From a virus (taxonomy: Duplodnaviria; Caudoviricetes), in the IMG/VR virus record IMGVR_UViG_3300035493_000006, positions 1-43,670 of that record: a stretch of 43,670 nt of DNA; one strand, given 5' to 3'. This document shows positions 32,070-41,263 of the stretch, piece by piece. The notes beneath the pieces were generated by a model. The model ran no database searches. It worked only from the letters and a program-made list of their open reading frames with translations, and had not been told where the DNA came from. The translations under genes and the position numbers were made by a program. Each line of letters starts with the position of its first letter. Within the stretch, counting starts at the first letter, position 1.

Positions 32070-33065
32070 TTACTGCGCGACTGGCAGCGCGTGGACTTGC
32101 TCGGCAGACCAGCCAGCGGCTACGAGCTGCGCTTCGGTATAGGCGTTACCGTCCGGGTGCGTATATTTCACCTCGGCAGCGGGCGCAGGCGCGGCGGGTG
32201 CTGCAGGGCCACCAGGAGCCGCCGGAGCAGGAGCGCCGCCAGCGGGGCCGTTAAGGAAGTCCGGGGCCGGTTGCACATTAGCCGGAGCGGGAGCAGGCGC
32301 ACCAGGGCCAGGACCGACCGCAGGCGCGGGAGTAGCTGCAGGAGCCGGAGCGCCCGGGCCGGTTGCGGCGGGTGCTGGAGCACCAGGTCCAGCGGCGCCA
32401 GGATGGGCCATAGGCGTAGCAGGAGCCAGCGGGGTAGAACTCGCGCCGGCTGGAAGATTACCGGCAGGAGCGCCGCCGAATACCGCCGCACCGTCTGGGC
32501 CGCTATGAATTTCTTCACCATAGCCGCAAAGCTCGACCATAGAATGATTTAAGAAAATGCCCGGTTGTTGCTGCGAGCCGTTACCCTTAACCGTTCCGTA
32601 GATGCGGATAAAATACCCGCGCTTAAGTTCTTCCGGGTTAATAATCTGCGCCGCGCCGCCCTTCGTGTAGCACTTAGGAGCGAAACCGCCGCTAAAGTTT
32701 AAAATCCAGTGGCCGGGGAACCCCTCGCGGTCGCATGGCTTAGTACCGCGCGAGTTAGGGACCTGGCTATCGCCGTCCGTTACCTTAAACGCGAACTTAG
32801 GGTTAATGCAGTTACCTTGCGCGTCAAACAGCGACGGGAAGGCCTGGCGCGCGGCCCCGTGGATTTTACCCCAAAGCTCCGCCCAGCCCGGGTCCGTCTT
32901 TGGCACCGCGATAGCCATAAAATACTCTACGCGCGGCTGGCCTGCGTTCGGTCCGTTTTTAACGACAAGGGGCTTACCTTCGGCGTCCGTTGTTTGGGGC
33001 TCGAAACAGTCGCCTTGTACCAGGCGGCCTACGGGGGTCAAAATTTCGATAGCTTTTGTACTCAT
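32070..33065 (-). CDS. Single-stranded DNA-binding protein (DUF2815 / gp2.5-like) with Pro/Ala-rich tail
   Basis: TPVGRL, TDGD and GIFLNHSMV OB-fold motifs; located in the Cas4-like/SSB/PolA module. Confidence 0.8.
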   Translation of the reverse strand: MSTKAIEILTPVGRLVQGDCFEPQTTDAEGKPLVVKNGPNAGQPRVEYFMAIAVPKTDPGWAELWGKIHGAARQAFPSLFDAQGNCINPKFAFKVTDGDSQVPNSRGTKPCDREGFPGHWILNFSGGFAPKCYTKGGAAQIINPEELKRGYFIRIYGTVKGNGSQQQPGIFLNHSMVELCGYGEEIHSGPDGAAVFGGAPAGNLPAGASSTPLAPATPMAHPGAAGPGAPAPAATGPGAPAPAATPAPAVGPGPGAPAPAPANVQPAPDFLNGPAGGAPAPAAPGGPAAPAAPAPAAEVKYTHPDGNAYTEAQLVAAGWSAEQVHALPVAQ

Positions 33066-33081
33066 GTTCGAATTACTCCGA

Positions 33082-34248
33082 TTAGTTAGAAAAAATCTGT
33101 TTAGCTTTGTTGCCGTTGTCCGGTACTACCTTTAGCCCTGTCCTCGGTTTCTCACTATATGCCATAATGACGGCATCGTCAATACCTAATTTACGAGCCG
33201 CGTTCGGCGTTATGGCTTTCGGGTCCCGGAGGTCGTGGCCGAGCATATCGCCCAGGGCGATAACTTCTTCTACAGGTCGGGCCCAACGCTCGCGGCCGAC
33301 GCCTTCCTCGACTCGATATCCTGGGACGGCTTTACCCTGGCGGATAAGTCCCTTAGCCTGTTCTTCGTACCCACTTTCGAGGTATTCGAGCTGCTTTTTA
33401 GCGCGCTGGACTATCGCCAGTTGCACGGCTAGGGCCTCGGCGCTTAATTCCACGGGTACGGGCTGCGCTGCTACCTCGTAGAGCTTAACGCCGGCCTGCA
33501 GAGCCGCCGGGCAAGCGTGGCGCGCGCTGCAGTGCTTACAGTGCGAACCGCTACGGGTTTTAGCGTTCGGCCCTAATGCTTCGTGGGCGTTACCGCTAAG
33601 TATATTAAACAGGCCCCGCAGGTCGCAGGCTTTAACCGCCCATTCCCGGATAGGCCCGTCGCGGTGGAATGCGCGCGGCTGGGCGATACGGATACGAACG
33701 GTAATATACTGGTCCTGCAGGCCGTTAACTTCCAGGAAGTCGAGAATACCGGCCGCGTAGTTAATCGCCTGCCAGTTTTCGTACGCTTCCACCAGCTCGA
33801 AACCGAACTTATAGTCCCAGATAAATAGCTCGCCTTTATTCCGGTCGTATAGAAAGCAGTCGACGGTACCGAAGCTAAGGTCGTGGATTTTAGGCGCCTC
33901 GACTCTATGCTCGATACCCAGGTTAGGACCGCCGAAGACGCTACGCTCGCGCATAACCGCCCCGACGTCCTGGGCGTACAGCTCGGCCGCGTCGAACATT
34001 TCCTCGGAGATTACGACGCCGTTCGACGCAACGGAACCGACGGTCTCGTCCTTCTTCGGATAGCCGAGATTAGCCCGGGCCAGCGCTTCCAGCATACGCG
34101 CCGCTACTTCGTGCGACGCGGTACCCTCTTTCGCTTCTTCCGATTCCTCGGTCTCGGGGTAAGACTGGGCCATTACGACCCAGCCGGTACAGCCGTCGGG
34201 CTTACCCCAGATATGCGCCGACGACGGCGGTATGATGGAATGCGACAT
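33082..34248 (-). CDS. Cas4-like PD-(D/E)XK exonuclease (DUF2800-like)
   Basis: HSIIPPSSAHIW..C, EGTASH, FGTVD, IWDYKFG, QPR and C-terminal HCKHC...C. Confidence 0.88.
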   Translation of the reverse strand: MSHSIIPPSSAHIWGKPDGCTGWVVMAQSYPETEESEEAKEGTASHEVAARMLEALARANLGYPKKDETVGSVASNGVVISEEMFDAAELYAQDVGAVMRERSVFGGPNLGIEHRVEAPKIHDLSFGTVDCFLYDRNKGELFIWDYKFGFELVEAYENWQAINYAAGILDFLEVNGLQDQYITVRIRIAQPRAFHRDGPIREWAVKACDLRGLFNILSGNAHEALGPNAKTRSGSHCKHCSARHACPAALQAGVKLYEVAAQPVPVELSAEALAVQLAIVQRAKKQLEYLESGYEEQAKGLIRQGKAVPGYRVEEGVGRERWARPVEEVIALGDMLGHDLRDPKAITPNAARKLGIDDAVIMAYSEKPRTGLKVVPDNGNKAKQIFSN

Positions 34249-34249
34249 A

Positions 34250-35110
34250 TTAACCCCCGAAGCCTAACTCGGCCGCTACCGTCGGGATAAGGTCCGGACG
34301 TGCCGCCAGGAGCGGTAAGGATTGTAGCCCGGCTTTATTTACGGCCGCCGTTACCGTTGCCTGGTCGATTTTATTCGACGTAATCGCAGACATTAGCGCC
34401 GGGAAGGTCGTAACCGCTCCGGTAGGTGCTGCAGGCTGCGCCGGTGCGGCTGGCGTCGGCTCGCTTGCAGGTGGCGCTGGCGTGGATTCCACGGGGTTAG
34501 CTGGGCTCGCTTTCATAGCTGCGATAAGCTCCGCTTCTACCTGGTCGACGAGTTCGTCGGATACGCCGCGTTTCATCTTCCAGCCGTGCGGCTTCTTCGC
34601 TAACTTCGCTTTACTGCCGGCGTGGATACGAGCGTCCCAAGGAATTAACGTACCGGTATTTACGCTAGGCGCCAGGTCGACGCCGGCCGGTGCCGTCGCA
34701 TTCTGGGCGGGCTCCGGAGTTTCTGCAGTGGTCGCAGCGTTCGCCGTCGTCTCCGCAGGCTGGGCAGAGTCCGTCCCCGTAGCAGTCTCCGGCGTCGGTT
34801 TTTGGTCGGCGAATACTTCCGGCCCTGGGCCTTCTCCGAATACGCTAGCCGCGTCTGGCTCGTCGCTTACTTCGGCGGCTGGTGGCGCCGGCGTATCAGT
34901 TGATACAACAGCAGGGGCCGAGGTCTCGGTCGCCGTAGAAATATCCGATACCGTCGCAATATCGGCAGTCGGGGGAGTATCTGGCTTTGGGGTTTCGTCC
35001 GCGACCTTACCTTCCTCGCGGTTTAAGTCCAGGGCCAGGCCGTGCAGCATATCGCTAGCGCGGGTAAGGGCGTTATAGTCCATAGGGACCGTTAAACTAA
35101 TCGTTTTCAT
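34250..35110 (-). CDS. Conserved-looking phage protein with Pro/Ala/Thr-rich linkers
   Basis: Strong RBS GAGGA; small PWDARIHAGSK...GWKMKRGV domain between low-complexity linkers; first gene of the leftward operon. Confidence 0.8.
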   Translation of the reverse strand: MKTISLTVPMDYNALTRASDMLHGLALDLNREEGKVADETPKPDTPPTADIATVSDISTATETSAPAVVSTDTPAPPAAEVSDEPDAASVFGEGPGPEVFADQKPTPETATGTDSAQPAETTANAATTAETPEPAQNATAPAGVDLAPSVNTGTLIPWDARIHAGSKAKLAKKPHGWKMKRGVSDELVDQVEAELIAAMKASPANPVESTPAPPASEPTPAAPAQPAAPTGAVTTFPALMSAITSNKIDQATVTAAVNKAGLQSLPLLAARPDLIPTVAAELGFGG

Positions 35111-35133
35111 TGTCTGCTAATCCTCGTTTGTTG

Positions 35134-35163
35134 TTGACAGCAAAACGAACATTAAGCCATAAT
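35134..35163 (+). promoter_or_regulatory. Rightward sigma70 promoter (TTGACA-N18-CATAAT)
   Basis: Near-consensus hexamers at the strand-switch point. Confidence 0.7.
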
Positions 35164-35177
35164 GCCGAAGAAGTCAA
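35149..35177 (-). promoter_or_regulatory. Leftward sigma70 promoter (TTGACT-N17-TAATGT)
   Basis: Minus-strand -35 at 35177-35172 and -10 at 35154-35149; overlaps the rightward promoter. Confidence 0.65.
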
Positions 35178-35197
35178 CAACGAATAAACGGGTAAAT

Positions 35198-36985
35198 ATG
35201 AACCTACCAGTGCAGAAACCTTTAGCGGCGGAAGTATCCCGGATAGTTAACCGGCCGAAGCTACGGCCATACCAGGCGCAGGCGAAAAGCGAGATATACG
35301 CCGCCTGGGCTGCAGGCGCGGTTAACGTCCTGGCCGTACTGCCTACCGGTGCGGGTAAAACCGTTACTTTCTCCGACATATTGCACGACCACAAGGGGGC
35401 GAGCTGCGCCATAGCGCACCGCCAGGAACTCGTAAGCCAGATATCGCTAGCCCTGGCCCGCGACCGGGTCCGCCACCGTATCATAGGGCCGAAAAGCGTC
35501 GTTAAGTTATGCGTTAACCAGCACATGAGCGAGTTAGGCGTCTCGTATTTCGACCCGTCCGCCCCGTGTGCGGTCGCTGGCGTCGATACCCTGGTTAAGC
35601 GAGGTAGCGAGCTGGCGCACTGGCTACAGTCCGTTACGCTTTGGGTCCAGGACGAGGCGCACCACGTTTTAGAGGCGAATAAGTGGGGCACGGCCGCAGC
35701 TATGTTCCCTAACGCTAAGGGCCTGGGCGTAACCGCTACGCCACTACGCGCGGACGGTAAAGGCCTGGGGCGCCATGCCGACGGCCTATTCGACGTTATG
35801 GTCGAGGGCCCAGGTATGCGCGACCTTATCGACTCGGGCTACCTTACCGACTACCGTATCTTTGCGCCGCCTTCCGATTTTGTTCGCCCTGGTGTGGAAT
35901 CGGTCGGCAGTACGGGGGACTTTACCCGGCAGAAAATGACGACCGCCGTACGTAAGTCGCATATTATCGGCGATATCGTTACCCACTACCTACGGATAGC
36001 GCCGGGTAAGCTCGGGGTTACTTTCGTCCCGGACGTAGAGACCGCGACCGACGTAGCCGCCCAGTTTAACGCCGCCGGCGTACCTGCAGAGGTCGTTAGC
36101 GCGAAGACGCCAGACGCCGAGCGAGTCGCTATTCTTCGCCGCTTCAAAAACCGCGAGTTAATGCAGCTCGTTAACGTGGATTTATTCGGCGAGGGCTTCG
36201 ACCTGCCCGCTATCGAGGTGGTTAGCTTCGGGCGGCCTACGGAGTCCTTCGGGCTTTACGTGCAGCAATTCGGACGGGTGCTTCGTCTAATGCTCGACGG
36301 GTCGCTATACCCACACTGGGACGGATTTACGAACGAGCAGCGTAGAGCGCATATCGCCGCCAGCTCTAAGCCGCGCGGTATTATTATCGACCACGTTGGC
36401 AACGTAGAGCGCCACGGCTTACCGGACGCCCGCCGCGAATGGTCCCTCGATAGACGCGAGCGCCGCAGCAGCGGAAGGCCTGCGGACGTTATACCTACCT
36501 GGACCTGCCCGAACTGTACGGGCGTCTGGGAGCGAGTCTATACCGTATGCCAGGACCCGATATGCGGCCAGCCACGGCCGGCGCCTGCAGCGCGGAACGC
36601 TCCGGAATTCGTCGACGGGGACCTATTGGAATTAGACCCGGCCACGCTGGCGCAGATGCGCGGAGAAATCGAACGGGTAGATATGCACCCGGAAGCCTAC
36701 CGCGAGGAACTGGCCGCCAAACATACGCCAAAAATAGGCCAGATGGCCCACGTTAAGCGCCACGCCGAACGCCAGGAAGCCCAGGCCGCGTTACGCGAGT
36801 CTATCGCCTGGTGGGCTGGATATCAGCGCGCTATGGGCCGACCGGATTCGGAAAGTTACCGCCGCTTTTTCTTCGCCTTCGGGGTCGACGTATTGACCGC
36901 CCAGGCACTCAACACCCGCGAGGCTATTAACCTGGCCGGACGGATTAACGAACACTTAGGAGGGTTACAAAATGCCGTTAATTAA
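35198..36985 (+). CDS. SF2 DExH helicase (ResIII/RadD-like) with C-terminal zinc finger
   Basis: LRPYQ, LPTGAGKT, QDEAHH, TATP, GEGFDLP, QQFGR, IIDHVGN, CPNC. Start moved to ATG 35198 because ATG 35162 overlaps the -10 element. Confidence 0.92.
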   Translation: MNLPVQKPLAAEVSRIVNRPKLRPYQAQAKSEIYAAWAAGAVNVLAVLPTGAGKTVTFSDILHDHKGASCAIAHRQELVSQISLALARDRVRHRIIGPKSVVKLCVNQHMSELGVSYFDPSAPCAVAGVDTLVKRGSELAHWLQSVTLWVQDEAHHVLEANKWGTAAAMFPNAKGLGVTATPLRADGKGLGRHADGLFDVMVEGPGMRDLIDSGYLTDYRIFAPPSDFVRPGVESVGSTGDFTRQKMTTAVRKSHIIGDIVTHYLRIAPGKLGVTFVPDVETATDVAAQFNAAGVPAEVVSAKTPDAERVAILRRFKNRELMQLVNVDLFGEGFDLPAIEVVSFGRPTESFGLYVQQFGRVLRLMLDGSLYPHWDGFTNEQRRAHIAASSKPRGIIIDHVGNVERHGLPDARREWSLDRRERRSSGRPADVIPTWTCPNCTGVWERVYTVCQDPICGQPRPAPAARNAPEFVDGDLLELDPATLAQMRGEIERVDMHPEAYREELAAKHTPKIGQMAHVKRHAERQEAQAALRESIAWWAGYQRAMGRPDSESYRRFFFAFGVDVLTAQALNTREAINLAGRINEHLGGLQNAVN

Positions 36986-37313
36986 CCAGGATATAGGGCT
37001 CGTTAAAATGGCCGAGTTATACGGGCTTAAGCGCCGTTTCTTCGGCTTGGAATCGAAACGCTCATTAGCGAAAAGGGTAGTTAATAAACTGCGGGAGCAA
37101 AGCCCGTTAACTCAACTATTCGAGGGTCTTAGTAAGGCCTTCGAGCCGCGCGTCTGCGTACGTGAGGAATACCAGGAGATAGAAACCCCGCCGTACTATA
37201 TCGATAATGGGGTCGCTATCGAACTACCCGGGCCTATGCAATTGCTTAAGGTCTGGAAGTTCCACTATAGCGACGGGACGACCGAACAATTAGTCCAGAC
37301 GGGGGCCTTATGA
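36972..37313 (+). CDS. Hypothetical protein
   Basis: 113 aa, RBS AGGAGG. Confidence 0.7.
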   Translation: MPLINQDIGLVKMAELYGLKRRFFGLESKRSLAKRVVNKLREQSPLTQLFEGLSKAFEPRVCVREEYQEIETPPYYIDNGVAIELPGPMQLLKVWKFHYSDGTTEQLVQTGAL

Positions 37314-37783
37314 ACTTAAACCAATGGGCTATTAAATGGGGCATACCTTACGAGGCCCTGGAAGATTTACGCCGGGAATTCGGGCTCGTTAACACCGACC
37401 CGCAGCCGAAAGTAGGGGAAAGCGAGGCGGCTATCCAGACCCGCGTACGCCTGGAAGCGAGCCGTAAAGGCCTCCGCGTGTGGCGTAATAACGTCGGCGC
37501 CTGTATGGACGAGAACGGTAACTTTATCCGCTACGGCCTGGCTAATGACTCTAAGCAGATGAACGACCTAATTAAGTCGTCGGACCTTATCGGTATCCGC
37601 CCCGTGGTTATCCAGCAAAGCCACGTAGGGCAAGTTATCGGCCAGTTCGTCGCGCGCGAGGTTAAGGCCGGTACCTGGTCATATACCGGTACGAAACGGG
37701 AGGAAGCACAACTTAAATTTTTGGAGCTGGTGGCGGCCCTGGGCGGCGACGCCGCGTTCGCTAACTGCGAGGGCTCGTTATGA
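37310..37783 (+). CDS. VRR-NUC-like PD-(D/E)XK nuclease (putative resolvase)
   Basis: SEAAIQ, WRNNVG, SSDLIG, FVAREVK and QLKFL..V...GG motifs. Confidence 0.85.
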   Translation: MNLNQWAIKWGIPYEALEDLRREFGLVNTDPQPKVGESEAAIQTRVRLEASRKGLRVWRNNVGACMDENGNFIRYGLANDSKQMNDLIKSSDLIGIRPVVIQQSHVGQVIGQFVAREVKAGTWSYTGTKREEAQLKFLELVAALGGDAAFANCEGSL

Positions 37784-37872
37784 ATAATTGCCCGAAATGT
37801 AACTCCGAGGCCCTGGTCCGTCTATCGAGCCAGCCGCCGGTAGTATCAAACAATAGGGACCGCAGGAAATGA
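37780..37872 (+). CDS. 30-aa small ORF with a single CPKC motif (not in the ORF track)
   Basis: MNNCPKCNSEALVRLSSQPPVVSNNRDRRK*; ATGA overlaps with both neighbours; RBS GAGGG. Confidence 0.6.
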   Translation: MNNCPKCNSEALVRLSSQPPVVSNNRDRRK

Positions 37873-38081
37873 CTATCTACGTAACACCATTTAACGGCAC
37901 CACTAAAGAAACGACCGGGCCGTCGACCGATTCAGGCTTCGAGACCCTGGAAGCAGTCGTCGAGGCTATGGGGCCGCCGGCCGTAACCTATAAGGCCCTG
38001 GTAATTTATGGCGAGGGAGAGGACCGCGTCGTCTTCTCTAAAATTATATTCCGTATTGACGAACCCGGCACTAAGGGTTAG
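37869..38081 (+). CDS. Hypothetical protein
   Basis: 70 aa, coupled start, RBS AGGA. Confidence 0.65.
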   Translation: MTIYVTPFNGTTKETTGPSTDSGFETLEAVVEAMGPPAVTYKALVIYGEGEDRVVFSKIIFRIDEPGTKG

Positions 38082-38084
38082 TAT
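38056..38084 (+). promoter_or_regulatory. Sigma70-like promoter (TTGACG-N17-TAGTAT) for the regulator/primase genes
   Basis: Correct spacing, about 35 bp upstream of ATG 38119. Confidence 0.6.
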
Positions 38085-38118
38085 CTCTACGTTAACCAGC
38101 AGATTAAGGTATTAGACA

Positions 38119-38622
38119 ATGAAGCGAGAACACGTAAAGGAAACCGCTGTTGCCATGGTGCGAGAAGCGGGCCTTATTAACCTTTCACGCCGCGAGTTAT
38201 GCGACCGCGCGGGTATTCCGGACGGGTCCTTCCCGCACGTTATGGGCTGCAATTTTGCCGACTTTGTCGAGGAGTTGCGCGAAGATGGCGTCGAGCAATC
38301 ATTCGCCGCAGTAAGTAAGCGGCGCGCTAACCCAGCGCTACGTAAAGACTATATTCTCGCCGTAGCCGTGGATATGGCTAAGGGCGTCGGGTACCATAAA
38401 CTTACCCGCGACGCCGTCGCAGAGAAAGCCGGGGTATCTATGGGCCTGGTTACTCGTTACTTCGGGACTATGAAACAATTGCGCCGCGACGTTATGCGCC
38501 GCGCGATTAAGGAGAATATCCCCGAGATTGTCGCCCAGGGCCTAGCCAATGGCGACGACCACGCTAAGAAGGCGCCGGCAGAGCTTAAAGCCATAGCCGC
38601 GACAATGTTAGCGAATTTCTGA
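38119..38622 (+). CDS. Transcriptional regulator with TetR-type HTH (apparently tandem)
   Basis: RKDYILAVAVDMAKGVGYHKLTRDAVAEKAGVSMGLVTRYFGT is a TetR N-terminal HTH; a similar unit occurs at the N-terminus. Confidence 0.85.
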   Translation: MKREHVKETAVAMVREAGLINLSRRELCDRAGIPDGSFPHVMGCNFADFVEELREDGVEQSFAAVSKRRANPALRKDYILAVAVDMAKGVGYHKLTRDAVAEKAGVSMGLVTRYFGTMKQLRRDVMRRAIKENIPEIVAQGLANGDDHAKKAPAELKAIAATMLANF

Positions 38623-38632
38623 GGGGGTTTTA

Positions 38633-41263
38633 ATGCAACAATTACCGGACGCGCTACGCCCGCTAGCCGCGTACCGACAGTTTATTCTATTTAAACTCGT
38701 CTGGGACGAAGCAAAGCAGGGATATAGAAAAATTCCAATAAACCCCCATACGCTTTTAGCGTACCCGAAGGGTGGCGACTGGCAGAAGGACCCGAACAGC
38801 ACGACTGACGCGGAGACCGCTATCTCGCTGGCGGCTACGGCTGGTAACGAGTACGGCGTCGGGTTTCTTTTCACGCCTAACGACCCGTTCTTCTTCGTCG
38901 ACCTGGATAAATGCCTTAACCCGGACGGCGCGACCTGGTCCGCCGTTGCTATGGATATCCTGGGGCGCCTGCCTGGTGCAGCCGTCGAGGTCTCGCAATC
39001 GGGGCGCGGCTTGCATATCTTCGGCGTCGGTACGGTACCGGAGCATTCGAACAAAAATACCGCCCTGGGGCTCGAACTGTATACCGAGTGGCGATTCGTT
39101 GCCCTTACCGGTACCAATGCCATAGGGAACGCTTCCGTAGATTGTTCGGCGACTATGCCCGCGCTGGTGGATAATTATTTCCCCGCTAAGGTAACCCAGG
39201 CCGGCGACGAATGGACGACGGAGCCGTTAGCCGAATGGAACGGGCCGGAAGACGACGACGAACTTATCGAAAAAATGCTCGCTACTCAAAGCGCCGGCGG
39301 CGTCTTTGGAGGTCGTAGCACGTTCGCGGCGCTATGGGAGGGGGACGAAGACGCGCTCGCGCAATCATACCCGGACCCGGAAGGCCACAGGGCGTACGAC
39401 GGTAGCAGCGCAGACGCGGCACTCGCGCAGCATTTAGCATTCTGGACCGGTAACCATTGCGACCGTATGTTCCGCCTAATGTGGCGTTCCGGCCTGGTCC
39501 GCGATAAGTGGGAGCGGGAAGACTACCTTATCCGTACGATTAGCCGCGCCGTAAGCCTGCAGGAAACCGTATATACCGCAGGGCGCCGGGAAGTCGATAA
39601 CACTATCGCGGAGGCCTACGGGGCGCCTAAGTTGCGCGCCAGTAGTGACGCCCAGCGAAACTACGCCGAGCACGTCCGCGCCCTTAAACTGCAGGAGGCG
39701 ACCGAGGAAGAAGCTAAGCGCCTATGCAGTAGCAGCGGGGCGAATGCCTCGGCTAAATTCTGGCTCGATAACCAGGAGCGTACGCCGGCCGAGCTGGTGG
39801 CTATGGTTACCCCGGTCGAGAAAGCAGGCGACCCCCTGGGCAACGTCGAAAGCGGCCCGCAGATAGTCGCCGGCCACCAGTATTTAGGCGCTACCCTGCA
39901 GCTCGAACACTTCGCCGGCTGCGTCTATATCCAGGATATGCACCGTATTTTTACGCCGTCCGGCTCGCTGCTTAAGTCGGAGCAATTTAACGCGACCTAC
40001 GGCGGGTACGTCTTCCAGATTGACGAGACGGGCGATAAGACGACGCGCAAAGCCTGGGAGGCCTTTACCGAGTCCCAGGTCGTACGATATCCGAAAGCCG
40101 AGTCTATGTGCTTCCGTCCGGAAATGCCGACCGGCGCGCTAATACGCGAAGAAGGCCGGGTCCTGGTTAATACCTACGTACCGTTAGAGACACCACGCCA
40201 GCAAGGCGACGTTACGCCGTTCCTGGGCCACCTGGCCCGCGTCCTACCGAACGAGCAGGACCGCGCTATCCTTCTGGCCTTTATGGCTGCCTGCGTCCAG
40301 CATAAGGGCGTTAAATTCCAGTGGGCGCCGCTACTGCAGGGTACCGAGGGTAACGGTAAAACACTCTTTACCCGTTGCGTCGCTTTCGCTATCGGTAAGC
40401 GCTATACGCACTACCCGAAGGCCGCCGATATCGATAACAAGTTTAACGGCTGGCTGCTTAATAAGTTGTTTATCGGGGTCGAAGATATCTACGTCCCAGA
40501 CCACCGCCGCGAGGTTATCGAAACGCTTAAGCCTATGATTACCGGCGGCGACGGTCTGGAAATCCAGCTTAAGGGCGTGGACCAGATTACGGCCGACGTC
40601 TGCGCTAATTTTATGCTTAACTCGAACCATAAGGACGCTATCCGGAAGACTCGAACCGACCGACGATTCGCCGTTTTCTATACGGCCCAACAGAACGAAC
40701 AGGACCTCGCGCGCGACGGTATGACGGGCGACTATTTCCCGAACTTATACTCGTGGCTTCGAGACCGGGGCGGCTACGCTATGGTGGCGGAGTACCTGGC
40801 TACGTATGCAATACCGGACGAGCTTAACCCGGCTACTCGCTGCCACCGTGCGCCAGAAACCACGAGTACGAGCGAAGCGATACACGCGAGCATGGGCGGG
40901 GTAGAGCAGGAGATTTTAGAGGCTATCGAAGAAGGTCGAGTCGGTTTTGCTGGCGGGTGGGTGTCTTCCGTAGCGGTCGAAAGGTTACTGCAGCAGATAC
41001 ACGCGACCAGGGCGATACCGCACAATAAGCGCCGCGAGTTACTGCAATCGCTCGGCTATGACTGGCACCCGGCGCTAACGAATGGCCGCGTAAATAACCC
41101 GATACCGATAGACGACAATAAGAAGCCGCGCCTATTCATTCGTAACGGGCATATCTCGGCGAACTTATCGAGCCCTGCAGAAGTGGCCCGCGTCTACCAG
41201 GAAGCCCAGGGGGCACCGTCGGAGAACGTCGGGAAGGCTTCCCAGGTATTCGGGGGGTCGTAA
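38633..41263 (+). CDS. Primase-polymerase / SF3-type helicase fusion (NrS-1/D5-like replication protein)
   Basis: FVDLD, EVSQSGRGLHI and ELY..RFVALTG prim-pol motifs; SSADAALAQHLAFWTG helical domain; Walker A GTEGNGKT, NSNH, DRRF. Confidence 0.92.
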   Translation: MQQLPDALRPLAAYRQFILFKLVWDEAKQGYRKIPINPHTLLAYPKGGDWQKDPNSTTDAETAISLAATAGNEYGVGFLFTPNDPFFFVDLDKCLNPDGATWSAVAMDILGRLPGAAVEVSQSGRGLHIFGVGTVPEHSNKNTALGLELYTEWRFVALTGTNAIGNASVDCSATMPALVDNYFPAKVTQAGDEWTTEPLAEWNGPEDDDELIEKMLATQSAGGVFGGRSTFAALWEGDEDALAQSYPDPEGHRAYDGSSADAALAQHLAFWTGNHCDRMFRLMWRSGLVRDKWEREDYLIRTISRAVSLQETVYTAGRREVDNTIAEAYGAPKLRASSDAQRNYAEHVRALKLQEATEEEAKRLCSSSGANASAKFWLDNQERTPAELVAMVTPVEKAGDPLGNVESGPQIVAGHQYLGATLQLEHFAGCVYIQDMHRIFTPSGSLLKSEQFNATYGGYVFQIDETGDKTTRKAWEAFTESQVVRYPKAESMCFRPEMPTGALIREEGRVLVNTYVPLETPRQQGDVTPFLGHLARVLPNEQDRAILLAFMAACVQHKGVKFQWAPLLQGTEGNGKTLFTRCVAFAIGKRYTHYPKAADIDNKFNGWLLNKLFIGVEDIYVPDHRREVIETLKPMITGGDGLEIQLKGVDQITADVCANFMLNSNHKDAIRKTRTDRRFAVFYTAQQNEQDLARDGMTGDYFPNLYSWLRDRGGYAMVAEYLATYAIPDELNPATRCHRAPETTSTSEAIHASMGGVEQEILEAIEEGRVGFAGGWVSSVAVERLLQQIHATRAIPHNKRRELLQSLGYDWHPALTNGRVNNPIPIDDNKKPRLFIRNGHISANLSSPAEVARVYQEAQGAPSENVGKASQVFGGS

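Noticed and set aside
32170-32470. GC-rich tandem repeats as a DNA-level repeat element
   Set aside because: They are imperfect and codon-phased, explained by the Pro/Ala/Gly tail of the SSB.
33082-34248. Cas4-like gene as evidence of a CRISPR-Cas system
   Set aside because: No repeat-spacer array or other cas genes; solo Cas4-like nucleases are normal in this replication module.
35162-35197. Longer helicase start at ATG 35162
   Set aside because: It overlaps the -10 box of its own predicted promoter; ATG 35198 fits better.
38119-38622. Lysogeny module (repressor plus integrase)
   Set aside because: The HTH is TetR-type, not CI-type; no recombinase, ParA or protelomerase ORF was recognised anywhere.
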